64,000 nt of DNA, taken from assembly GCA_964016885.1 (NCBI GenBank), contig OZ024741.1:97092001-97156000 (forward strand), given 5' to 3'. The notes beneath the pieces are model-generated. The model saw nothing but the letters and a program-made list of their open reading frames with translations. It was not told the DNA's origin and searched no databases. This stretch comes from Eledone cirrhosa. Lineage: Eukaryota. Both the position numbers and the translations under genes were made by a program. This document shows positions 38,181 through 49,504 of this stretch, in pieces (position 1 is the stretch's first letter; each line of letters begins with the position of its first letter).

Positions 38181-40328
38181 TTAGGATTTGGTTGAAGGTT
38201 TGAAGTGTGAGAATTTCGCTTTCAGTTTATGCTGGCAAAAAATTGACCTTTCAATTTTGTTGTTGAGTAGTTGGTGGCTTGAGCTTAGAATATGGAAGAG
38301 CTCATTATTACACAACGGGCACGTTTTCATCCCACTCCAGTATGGAGGAGCATGTGAGAGTTTGGTCCATTTAAGGGTGTATTGTCGGTTACTCCCTTTT
38401 AAGTGCCAAATTTTGTCGGCGAGAGTCGTTACGTAACGGTGTTGGTGGTGCTTTATTGCGTAACGATGCGTGTACCAACGAGTTTTGAAGGTGTTTGCAG
38501 TGCTGCCTATGTAGTACCAGGTTTGGTTGCCCGACTCAACCGAGCACCTGTATACTAGGTTTGAATGCAAACATTCGTTATTCAATGGACAAGTCTCTGG
38601 AAGGTGGCAATTACAATCTCTGTTATGGGCTGTGGTGGAGTTATAGGTGTGCTGGGATGTGTGTGTGAGTGTGTTTTGTGCATACTGATTGTTAGTGGGT
38701 GGTTGTGTATTAGGTGTATTATTGTGTTGAGCGATTGGGGTGTTGTTGTTACGGAGTTTTTTGGCGTTGAGCATCTTAATGTGTGCGTCTAGGTTTGGTG
38801 CAGTGAAATAAGTTAGTCTAATTGTTTTGGTATTAAGTATACTACTATATTTATGTGAATTTGGAAAGTGTTTTTTTATAATTTTGTAGAATGTGGAAGG
38901 TAAGTTAGAGCTAATAGAAGAGTTAAAAATAGGATTATACCAAATGTAAGATCTACTCCGTGTTCTGTTTTGCTTTGATGTTGCTGTTGTATTTGTGGTG
39001 TGGTTAGTATTAGGGGGTCTAGGTGCGTGTGTGCGGGTGTTTGTGCGGCGTTTGGCGTGTCTGTGGTTATGTGTTTTATGGTCGTGTGGGTCCATGTATT
39101 CTAGTTTGTCGGTGTGGCCAGCCCGTTCTAATGCAGTGTTGTAGTATTCAGCGTGTTGATCGAATATGTGTTGGTTAGATGAGAGGCGGAATATTCTAAG
39201 TGATATACTATGTGGCACGGACCTTATAATAGATAGTGGGTGGTTAGAGCTAGTGTGGATGTAGGTGAGGTTCTCATTGTTTTTGTGAAAGGGTGTGATA
39301 ATTTGGGTGTTGAGGTTGAAGGTGGCATCTAGGAAGTTAACTACTTTGGTACTATATTTGTAGGTGATTTTAAGGCCAAGGCTATCTAGGGTTCTTCTAA
39401 TGCTCTTACGGGTTCGTTCTATGTTTTGTTTATTCATATTTTTAACTAATAGGAGAGCTTCATCTCTATATATTCCGCCTTGAAGGTAACTAACTTTATT
39501 ATGTAAGGTGTGGGCTATGTATATACCAACAATATCCGTAACTTGTGCTGAGTCATTAGCACCCATAGTTATGTCAAAGTTATCTATCCAAAAGTTATTT
39601 TCAAATTTAATTATCGTCTTTCTAGCTGCTAGGATAATGTTTATTTCGTCGTCGGTTAAGTCAGAGTTGGCTTTCGCAAATTCTAGTGCCTTGTTTAGAG
39701 TATCGGGTGATATGGAGGAGTAATAGTCATTAATGTCGAATTGTATAAAGTTAGAGGTATTTTTGTTATCTATATTATTAAACCATTTAATTGTGTCGCT
39801 AGTATTGTCCCAAAGTTTAATAACTAGTTTATTCCTTAATTGTATTATTATTCTATCTAAAATATGCTTGCTAATTTTACCTATGTCCGACTTAGATGGG
39901 CATATTAATCTAATAGTGGGTTTATCTAGGAAATCTAATTTGTGGTCCTTAAGATTAAAGGTGGGGGTGCAAGTTGTCATGGGCTCAGTTCTATCTTCAA
40001 GTTCTAGACTTTTGACAATATGGTGTGCTTGTTTGTTGATGTTAAGTAGTGCTTTGTTATTGGTTTTCTTATATTTTTTATGTAATTCCTTTCGTATAAG
40101 GTCGTGGTAAGTATTAATGTCCATTGTGTACACGTTAGATGTTTTATCCGCTTTGACAATAATCCCGTTAGTGGTGCGCAGCTTGTTTAGAAAGGTATCC
40201 ATGTCTTTATGAAGCTTGTTGGTTTTGAACTTCTTATATTTAGTATTCATGACCATTTTAAGTAAGTCCTGTTCGAAGGCGTCCAGTAGAGGGTTAGTGG
40301 GTGGTTTTTTACAGGAGTTGAACCCTGT
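38181..40328 (-). CDS. PLE reverse transcriptase plus GIY-YIG endonuclease polyprotein, 5'-truncated and probably inactive
   Basis: RT motifs QFDINDYYSSI, ITMGANDSAQVTDIVG and GIYRDE (YxDD changed to YRDE). Linker CNC..CPL..C. Endonuclease LVYRC..YYIGST..FKTRW..H, CPLC..E, CQH. The first ~47 aa of the 762-aa ORF come from the inverted arm. Confidence 0.93.
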   Translation of the reverse strand, partial: TGFNSCKKPPTNPLLDAFEQDLLKMVMNTKYKKFKTNKLHKDMDTFLNKLRTTNGIIVKADKTSNVYTMDINTYHDLIRKELHKKYKKTNNKALLNINKQAHHIVKSLELEDRTEPMTTCTPTFNLKDHKLDFLDKPTIRLICPSKSDIGKISKHILDRIIIQLRNKLVIKLWDNTSDTIKWFNNIDNKNTSNFIQFDINDYYSSISPDTLNKALEFAKANSDLTDDEINIILAARKTIIKFENNFWIDNFDITMGANDSAQVTDIVGIYIAHTLHNKVSYLQGGIYRDEALLLVKNMNKQNIERTRKSIRRTLDSLGLKITYKYSTKVVNFLDATFNLNTQIITPFHKNNENLTYIHTSSNHPLSIIRSVPHSISLRIFRLSSNQHIFDQHAEYYNTALERAGHTDKLEYMDPHDHKTHNHRHAKRRTNTRTHAPRPPNTNHTTNTTATSKQNRTRSRSYIWYNPIFNSSISSNLPSTFYKIIKKHFPNSHKYSSILNTKTIRLTYFTAPNLDAHIKMLNAKKLRNNNTPIAQHNNTPNTQPPTNNQYAQNTLTHTSQHTYNSTTAHNRDCNCHLPETCPLNNECLHSNLVYRCSVESGNQTWYYIGSTANTFKTRWYTHRYAIKHHQHRYVTTLADKIWHLKGSNRQYTLKWTKLSHAPPYWSGMKTCPLCNNELFHILSSSHQLLNNKIERSIFCQHKLKAKFSHFKPSTKS

Positions 40329-40815
40329 AAAAACACACTCACACACACATCCCAGCACACCTATAATTCCACCACAGCCCATAACAGAGATTGTAATTGC
40401 CACTTGTACATTGAATAACGAATGTTTGCATTCAAACCTAGTATACAGGTGCTCGGTTGAGTCGGGCAACCAAACCTGGTACTACATAGGCAGCACTGCA
40501 AACACCTTCAAAACTCGTTGGTACACGCATCGTTACGCAATAAAGCACCACCAACACCGTTACGTAACGACTCTCGCCGACAAAATTTGGCACTTAAAAG
40601 GGAGTAACCGACAATACACCCTTAAATGGACCAAACTCTCACATGCTCCTCCATACTGGAGTGGGATGAAAACGTGCCCGTTGTGTAATAATGAGCTCTT
40701 CCATATTCTAAGCTCAAGCCACCAACTACTCAACAACAAAATTGAAAGGTCAATTTTTTGCCAGCATAAACTGAAAGCGAAATTCTCACACTTCAAACCT
40801 TCAACCAAATCCTAA
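40329..40815 (+). pseudogene. Inverted duplicate of the GIY-YIG domain
   Basis: The C-terminal peptide (LNNECLHSNLVY..FKPSTKS) is identical to the minus-strand ORF. A short deletion affects the CNC..CPL motif. Confidence 0.9.
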
Positions 40816-41176
40816 TACTACCTATCTTTCTACCCTAAATAACAATTCTACACCCCTAAAAATAGACTATATATGAAATTTAATACTTTCTTCCTTCATC
40901 TGTTCTCTGGTAAGACTTTCGCCTGTCCACTTCCAAATGCCTCTTAAAATTCTATCTTCCTTCTCTCTTCCTCTACTCATCACAACTTGTAGCACACATC
41001 CCTCCTCCCCCCTATACAAATCCTCTCACACCACACTATCTCTTTCTCTTTCTCTCCCTTCCTCTATCCCTTTTCTCTCTCTCTCTCTCTCCCTCTCTTT
41101 TGCCCCTCTCTCTCTCTCTGTTCCTCTATCTTACACTACTACCCCTTATTTCATTTCCTAAGGTCATTCCAACTTT

Positions 41177-41277
41177 GTATTTTGAAAATTCGGATGTCAC
41201 AGCATCTTTCTTGATTGCCTATTACAACATAGTGTAGCAATAATGGAGTGAAATTCTGATGAAACAATTGTAAATAC
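41177..41277 (+). ncRNA. Type I hammerhead, C3U/G8A core, long stem II insert
   Basis: GTATT-TTGAAAA-tTCGGA..TCTGAt-GAAA-CAATTG-TA-AATAC. Confidence 0.78.
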
Positions 41278-41355
41278 GTGGATTAAATTCTTTTGTAATT
41301 GTTTACCTTCGTCCTATTTCTCTTCTTTTATATATATATATATATATATATATTA

Positions 41356-41393
41356 CGAGGTGAGGATCCGCTAATGTGAAACATTTGTTCTCG
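41356..41393 (+). ncRNA. Minimal HHR relic (C3G) in a solo 3' end related to the 21.5-kb PLE
   Basis: CGAG-GTGAGGA-tcc..gt-GAAA-CATTTG-TT-CTCG, followed by GTATGGTGAACTAACTGTTG as at 21482-21501. Confidence 0.6.
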
Positions 41394-41488
41394 GTATGGT
41401 GAACTAACTGTTGTGTAACCACTTCTACCTAACTCGTCCCTTGGACTGAGTGCTCTACCACTACGGATATTACCTTCCAGTGTTCTAC

Positions 41489-41623
<135 letters not shown>

Positions 41624-41850
41624 TGAAAAATGGCGAGCTGTATTATATATATATGTATATATATAGTAAAATAAAACAAGGACGGTTGGTTACTCCTTCA
41701 TAACGTTTATTGGTTGGTGACGAGCGTTTCGGCACTATTCAGCTTATGGTTCGATATGTATCGATCTAGCCCTACTCTGTAATCTACGGCTAGACAGACC
41801 TCTTACAAGACCTCCGGGTGAACCTACAGTACCACCAAGTTACACTCCCT

Positions 41851-41902
<52 letters not shown>

Positions 41903-42193
41903 TCCAAGTGTAACCAATTTTAAAGAGAGAGATGGAGATAGGAGAGGAGAAGAGAGATTGGTGAATTAGTTAGAAGCGAAAGCGTAAAGACATGTGCTCA
42001 ATATGCAATATGCAATGGAAGGCAGCTAGGTGGCTGGGTTCATGCAGCGGTTAGGTGCACAGAGCTGGAAATATACATTAGTTAAGCAAAACAAGACCAC
42101 ACATTTCACAAGGAAGACATTATTAAAAGATTGTCAACATATTTTAGTTTGATGTAAGGAATGTAGAGAATAATAATAATAATATTAATAAAA

Positions 42194-42378
42194 ATAATTG
42201 TTTCTACTTTAGGCACAAGGCCAGCAAATACCCAGTGCATTACTGGTACTTTATTTTATCGACGCCGTAAGGATGAAAGGCAAAGTCAACCTCGGCGGGA
42301 TTTGAACTCAGATCGTAAAGGGACGTAACTATGCTGGAAAGCATGGCGTCCGACCCTCTACCGATACTGCCAATCCAC
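42194..42378 (-). mobile_element. tRNA-derived SINE inserted in (AAT)n of the PLE arm
   Basis: A and B boxes present. The empty site is visible at ~45335-45365. Confidence 0.92.
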
Positions 42379-42505
42379 AATAATAATAATAATGTCCGTT
42401 TACAATTGTTTCGCTACTCCATATAATGTTTCTGGATCAAATGATTATAGATCATTATTCATCTTGTTCAGTTATTTGTTATTGGTTCATTATTGATCTG
42501 GTTCA

Positions 42506-42695
42506 ATAGGGCGGTGGATTTGGCAGTATCGGTAGAGGGTCGGACGCCTTGCTTTCCAGCAAGTTACGTCCCTTTACGTGCTGAGTTCAAATCCCGCCGA
42601 GGTTAACTTTGACTTTCATCCTTACGGGGTCGATAAAATAAAGTACCAGTAATGCACTGGCTAATTTGCTGGCCTTGTGCCTAAAGTAGAAACGA
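42506..42695 (+). mobile_element. tRNA-derived SINE with 16-bp TSD, inserted into HHR stem II
   Basis: TSD TTATTG(A/T)TCTGGTTCA at 42490-42505 and 42696-42711. Confidence 0.93.
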
Positions 42696-43744
42696 TTATT
42701 GTTCTGGTTCAGTTGAAAATAATTAACTTAGGTACGATTAGAGCAGCTCATAGGAACTTGAAAAGGAATATAAATTAAACAAGGAAAGAAAGTTACATGA
42801 ATGTAATGTTCCATATATTGGTATTTCACTATGGTGTCCTGGGTATATCTATTGTCTGCCATAGTCGAGCAGTATTCTTCTGTCGAGGCTGCATTGTATG
42901 AGATCTGCCTATGGGTAACAAGATAGCCGCCAATGGACATATTTACCTTACTAATTAGAGGGTGGTTTCAGGGGAAGTAACTCCTCGAGAAATTAGAAAT
43001 TGTGGGTTGTTTATAGTTAAGAAGTGCTAATTTTTTAATTTTTTAATTGAGAGACAATGTATGGGAGGTAACTTATAATTATCTAAGTTAGCTATAACTA
43101 TTTAACTTATTAGCTATAAGTAAAAATGGGGCTAGATGACTATGCTAGGTCAAATATTCTGTTGGCGAATGAATTAGCCCTTCGATGTTGTCAGCTAATA
43201 GTTACCTCCGTTTTATCGTTAATCGGTAGTGGTCGTGATAGAATTATGTAATATGCTTCGGTAAGAGTTTCTTCGTCCATTGAATGCTTGGGCCCTAGCC
43301 AAGATATCCCATGTTAGTGAGTGTTCAATGTTGGTTAATGTAAGGTTTTTAATGAGCCTAGCTAGAGATGTCGAACATCTGTTGTTAGGGTCTCGGAAGG
43401 AAAAACAGTACGCGTTATAGCGTACCTTAAAAGGGTTAGAGGTAGAGCCGATATAGGAGCTGGTATGCGAAGCAGTTTTAACTGTGCACCTATAAACTAT
43501 ATTGAGTGTCAGGCAATGTCCATTAAGTGTGCATTCTTTAGGGTTACGGCAGTTGCAGTTATTCGGCGGTTAGTGAGAGTAGGGTTGTTTAAACTATGCG
43601 GTTGGTCCGTGCTAGAAGGATTAGATGGGGGAGGTGTGCTACTAGAGTAAGTATTGGTGTAGTGGCGTGGTGTAATTGATGGGGGTGGTGGAACCGCGGT
43701 TTGGGAGTTATACTTTCTGAATCTGGTTATGAACAGTCCATTTA

Positions 43745-44828
43745 CTACATACCTAAATGCCATAACACATCACTTCACCACAACCATAATAAACTAACAC
43801 TAGAACTAGAAATACCTTAGCATATAGCCAGATTCGCCGGAACTTTAGTAGTAACAGCACCTATACAGGGAACCTTAATGGTGGCAGTGGCCTACTTCCC
43901 ACTCCAAGTAGCAAACTAAAAATCAACCCTAGAATAGGAATGAGCAATGGGATGACAAATAACAAATGTCCAGGTAATAATAACCCTTTGAAGGCCCCTA
44001 CCAACTCCACTAGAACCCCTAGAAGGAATAGGCCTAGAAATATCACCTGGCTTAACCCCCCATTCTCATCTAATCTAGCCACTAATATCCCTAAACGGTT
44101 CTTCTGTATCCTATCTAAACATTTCCCCCAAACATAGATATTACAAACTCTTTAATAAAAACAACATTAAAATCTCATTCTCCACAACACCTAACCTAGC
44201 TAGCCACATCGCATTCAGTAACCATCATAAACTAAGACAGTATAACTCCCACACCGCGGTACCACCATCCCCATCAAATACACCACGCCACTACACCAAT
44301 ACTTACTCTAGTAGCACACCTCCCCCATCTAATCCTTCTAGCACGGACCAACCGCATAGTTTAAACAACCCTACTCTCACTAACCGCAGAAGCAACTGCA
44401 ACTGCCGTTACCCTAATGCATGCCCACTAAATGGACATTGCCTGACACCCAATATAGTTTATAGGTGCGCAGTTAAAACTGCTTCGCATACCAGTTCCTA
44501 TATCGGCTCTACCTCTAACCCTTTTAAGGTACGCTATAACGCGCACTCTTTTTCCTTCCGAGACCCTAACAACAGATGTTCGACATCTCTAGCTAGGCTC
44601 ATTAAAAACCTTAAATTAACCAACATTGAACACTCACTAACATGGGATATCTTGGCTAGGGCCCAAGCGTTCAATGGACGAAGAAACTCTTGTGATCTCT
44701 GTCTTACCGAAGCATATTACATAACACTATCACGACCTTTACCGATTAACGATAAAACGAAGCTAACTACTAGCTGTCAACATCGAATGGCTAATTCATT
44801 CGCCAACAGAATATTTGACCCAACATAA
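43745..44828 (+). pseudogene. PLE linker plus GIY-YIG endonuclease, frameshifted near 44135
   Basis: RPRNITWLNPPFS..HFPQT / YKLFNKNNIKISFSTTPNL..NCNCRYPNACPLNGHCLTPNIVYRC..YIGSTSNPFKVRYNAH..LTWDIL..CDLCLTE..CQHR. Stop codon at 44826-44828. Confidence 0.9.
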
Positions 44829-45212
44829 TCATGTAGCCCCATTTTTACTTATAGCTAATAAGTTAAATAGTTATAGCTAACTTAGATAATTATAAGTTAC
44901 CTCCCATACATTGTCTCTCAATTAAAAAATTAAAAAAATTAGCACTTCTTAACTATGAACTAACCACAATTTCTAATTTCTTGAGGAGTTACTACCTCTG
45001 AAACCACCCTCTAATTAGTAAGGTAAATATGTCCATTGGCGGCTATCTTGTTACCCATAGGCAGATCTCATACAATGCAGCCTCGACAGAAGAATACTGC
45101 TCGACTATGGCAGACAATAGATATACCCAGGACACCATAGTGAAATACCAATATATGGAACATTACATTCAAGTCACTTTCTTTCCTTATTTTAATTTAT
45201 ATTCCTTTTGAA

Positions 45213-45331
45213 GTTCCGATGAGCTGCTCTAATTGTTCCTAATTTAATTATTTTCAACTGAACCAGATCAATAATGATCTATAATCATTTGTTCCAGAAA
45301 CATTATATGGAGTAGCGAAACAATTGTAAAC
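45213..45331 (+). ncRNA. Type I hammerhead, U4C core (CCGATGA), long stem II
   Basis: GTT-CCGATGA-GCTGCTCTA..TGGAGTAGC-GAAA-CAATTG-TA-AAC. The base of stem II has 9 bp. Confidence 0.72.
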
Positions 45332-45462
45332 GGACATTATTATTATTAATATTATTATTATTATTCTCTACATTCCTTACATGAAATTAAAACTATGTTG
45401 ACAATCTTTTAATTATGTGTACCTTGTGAAATTTGTGGTCTTGTTTTGCTTAACTAATGAAT

Positions 45463-45495
<33 letters not shown>

Positions 45496-45553
45496 CATTT
45501 ACATATGTATGTGTTCGTGTGTGTGTGTGTGTGTGTATGTGTGTGTGTGTGTG

Positions 45554-45619
<66 letters not shown>

Positions 45620-46138
45620 TTTGTGTGTGCGTTTGGTGTGTGAGTGTGTATTAAATTATATGTGACTGCAATTAATCCAGGTGTAAATCGTGAGATGTAG
45701 AAGAATCGATCCGACACACGATTCATGAGTGTTTCTTTATATGAAGACGATTCGAGTAATAAAGAGGATGAGGTAGGTACGTCGATTATAAAAAAAGAAA
45801 ACTGAAAAGGTCAGTTCTATAATGCAACGCACATTTCTGCGGTGATCACGCTGAAACTGTTCTAGATTACGTAATATTCCATACCTCAACAATGCAACTC
45901 CTTAGATGATTCCGATCGTGTAGTTTTATACAAGCTTTTTTAGTAAATCTCAGGAAGAGTCCAAACGTATATATACGTATTGTAACATAATCCAGGCCTC
46001 CTGTTTTCATCCTGATCATTGTAGAAACAGTTTGTACAATATAGTATATAGTATACTTACTTCTATGTTTACAAATTGAAGGCTAATACTTTAGTAATTA
46101 CAACCCAACATTCAAACAACTATATGTATATATATACA

Positions 46139-46386
<248 letters not shown>

Positions 46387-46681
46387 AAAAAGTCAGGATC
46401 CCGAGGGCTGAACTAGAGTACAGAGAAAAACACCGAAAAAATCTCTTTTCTCTTTTCTTCCCTTTTCCCTTCTGTTATCCTATATTTTCTTTCTCTCCCT
46501 CCTTTGTTTTCCCAATAAAACCTTAGTTATTGAATGCACTGGGGCGAAATATATTGTCTTTAATGCGTAGAAATATCCGAGACCCCCAGCAGACAACTGA
46601 TGAAGGAACACTTTCTCCCGTTCATGCTTTCTTCTATATATTTATATATATATATTTATATGTATATATATATATGTGTGT

Positions 46682-46765
<84 letters not shown>

Positions 46766-47643
46766 CATGTGCGTGTGTATGTATATGTGTATGTCGTGTA
46801 TAAAGAGATATAATGAATTTGAGCGGGAGAGATTAAGATAAAGAGAGTTATAGTTAATTTAAAAACAATGAGGAAATTTGAAATTTCATAAATATTTTAA
46901 CATGTTGGGAAAACTGCCATAATACAGATCATTTTAAATATTATTTGAATATGTCGATAGATTGCCCCTATAGACGCCAAAATTAAATATTAATGATGAA
47001 TATACAAAGCTTTGTTCAAAATACACCAAAATCCCCTCGCGCGTATGCCCATTGTATGAAATATGTATAGATGGGAAAAGTACTGTCTCTTAATGCACCA
47101 AATAGAAAGATCGAAATATCTCGTGTACAATTATTTGGTTTAGAAATCCGGTAATGTTTCAGACGAAATAATTTGGAAATTTTCTAATCATATGTATCAT
47201 GTTATAAAATCTTTTAATTTACTATCGAGTGTCTTTGGATTAATTTATCGATTACCGTATATGCACATCTCATTTATGTAAAGGTCTTATTCAATAGATG
47301 TTCCATTCATATTTATATATATTTGAACCGTGTGAATATATCTATTTGAAACGTTTTGCATATGATATTGGATTAACAAATTTGCATATGTTCCTCTTAT
47401 TCCTATTGGAATAAACAGCCTATTTAAATAGTGAAATATTGTGGTGACGGTGTTTACAATATATATGTATATATATATATTTGTGTATTGAGTGAGTGTG
47501 TGTATGTGTGTGTGTGTGATTGTGTGTGATTTTGGGTGATTGCGTGTGTGTGTGTGTGTGTGTGTCCCGGTATCCGGGTTCAATCGGGGGTAACAACAGT
47601 AAGTAAGGTACTCAATACATAGGAGAGTATAAATATAGAAATG

Positions 47644-47692
47644 GCTTCTACAGGACTAGAAAGGTTTCATTCGAAGGAAATCATCAGGAAAG
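47644..47692 (-). ncRNA. Type I hammerhead (family D), slightly decayed
   Basis: Reverse complement: TTTC-CTGATGA-tTTCcttcGAAt-GAAA-cctttCTAGtcctg-TA-GAAG. Confidence 0.55.
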
Positions 47693-47760
47693 ATCTGAGC
47701 ACTTCCTTCGAATGGAACACTTATAATCTTGTAGAAACCATTTCTATCTATCTATCTATA

Positions 47761-48110
47761 TCAGGATGGAGAGAGATGTACTCCAGCAAATTTTATAAAA
47801 GGTGGGTGAATGTGGCAAAGATGGCCCGAGTAGTTGGGCCTTCTCTCCATATAAGCCTGTAGGTTGAGGAAAAAGAGGAAGAGAGGAGGGGAGTACTCAC
47901 TCTTGGTGCTCCTGGAGATGAGAGTTGTACATTTTTTCGGGGTGCGTACAACCCCTGTGTACCCCCCCCCCCCTATTGGGGATATCAATTGTTATTTGTT
48001 ATTATATTAATAGTTTTATTTTCATATACCTGTATGCAAACTCCCCATTTGTATTTGTCCCCTTCTTTTGTGCCCTTGTGGCTAATAAAGAAATTTATCT
48101 ATCTATCTAT
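47761..48110 (+). mobile_element. 3' end of an L1/Tx1-type LINE
   Basis: Terminal peptide KFYKRWVNVAKMARVVGPSLHISL*, a 3' UTR, AATAAA and a (TCTA)n tail. Confidence 0.55.
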
Positions 48111-48136
48111 TTATCTCTCTCTCTATATATATATGA

Positions 48137-48189
<53 letters not shown>

Positions 48190-48349
48190 AACGAGTAGGA
48201 CCCCGACGGCTGAGCTCAAGCCGTTTCGACGGCTAATTGTCAGGGAACGTTTCCACGAACCAAAGTATCGTCTACCTGTCTTCCTTCGGTTGCAACGTTT
48301 TTTGAAATATTTACTTCTGCGTTCACAGATTTATTTTTTTATATATATA

Positions 48350-48488
<139 letters not shown>

Positions 48489-48889
48489 GGGTTGTATACA
48501 TTTAATATTTTGGAATCACAAATATAAAAGCCTGTTTGTAATCGCATACGTGGCTTAGTTCAAAATATTTAGAAACCTTGTCAATATTTTCGATGGAAAT
48601 AATAATGGTAATATATTTCAGGATTTAGTACGAGGTAATCATCATTACGCCTGACGATACATATTGCCATTAAATTTATTTATTTATACAACTATTTGTT
48701 TGCTTCAAAACAATCCTCTTCCAGTACAAATAGCAGTTTCTACATGACAATATATTGGTGTTAGTATTTAAGTATGAAGTGAATGAATGAAGCAAATTCT
48801 TGGAATCATACATCGGCTAATCCTTTCGCATCACTTAGGTATATTCTACTATACGCCCCAGCAGCTATATAATGCATTTCATATATATA

Positions 48890-49112
48890 CTGAGGTTAGC
48901 TGGACATGCTCACCGATTTCAGAGTTGATACAGCACTCAGTGTTCCTGTGGGTCCCCTGCATGGACACACTGGAAAAAGACCGAGGTTAACATATGTTGA
49001 TGCCTAAAGACAAACACTTGTCTGTTGGAGACGCAGGAAATGGCAGCGATAATGAGGGACAGACACCGCTGGAGAGAACTCGTCCATGGATCTCGGGAAT
49101 TTTACCCGCCCT
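48890..49112 (+). mobile_element. 3' end of an RTE-like LINE
   Basis: Frameshifted LRLAGHAHR..VFLWVP.HG...RPRLTYVD.LKTNT.L....MAAIMRDRHRWRELV. Confidence 0.7.
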
Positions 49113-49280
49113 AGATATATATATATACGTGTGTGTGTGTGTGTTGGAGCTCTGAAATAACGATGTATATATGAATGTATGTCTTGAGGCCTTCAAAATG
49201 TTTTAAATAAACATACAGCATATTATTCAATATACAATACGTACATTCACACACACACACATACTCACATATATATATAT

Positions 49281-49447
49281 TTATTAAAATAACAGATTAA
49301 AGTTTAAGGAAAGAATCGCTGCTTTCACCCTTAACGGGATTTTCTGAAACTAATCTGTTATTTTAATAAATATTTGCTCTACGGTTCTCATATATATTTA
49401 TCCTTATCGAGCCCTCTTTGGATTTTAGTCTTCAAATTTATAATTAT

Positions 49448-49504
<57 letters not shown>

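Larger units (their letters stand above)
37516..41328 (-). mobile_element. Young Naiad-type Penelope-like retroelement, 5'-truncated, with a ~1-kb inverted copy of its 3' end (37646-38679 and 40329-41328), inside (TA)n
   Basis: RT plus GIY-YIG ORF, near-identical inverted arms, an HHR in both 3' UTRs, and TA tracts on both flanks. Confidence 0.95.
42077..45459. mobile_element. Older Naiad-type PLE, 5'-truncated, with inverted arms (42077-43718 and 44235-45459)
   Basis: The arms are diverged reverse complements. The left arm carries two SINEs absent from the right arm. Confidence 0.92.

Noticed and set aside
40329-40469. N-terminal ~47 aa of the 762-aa ORF as a real leader
   Set aside because: It is antisense read-through from the inverted GIY-YIG arm.
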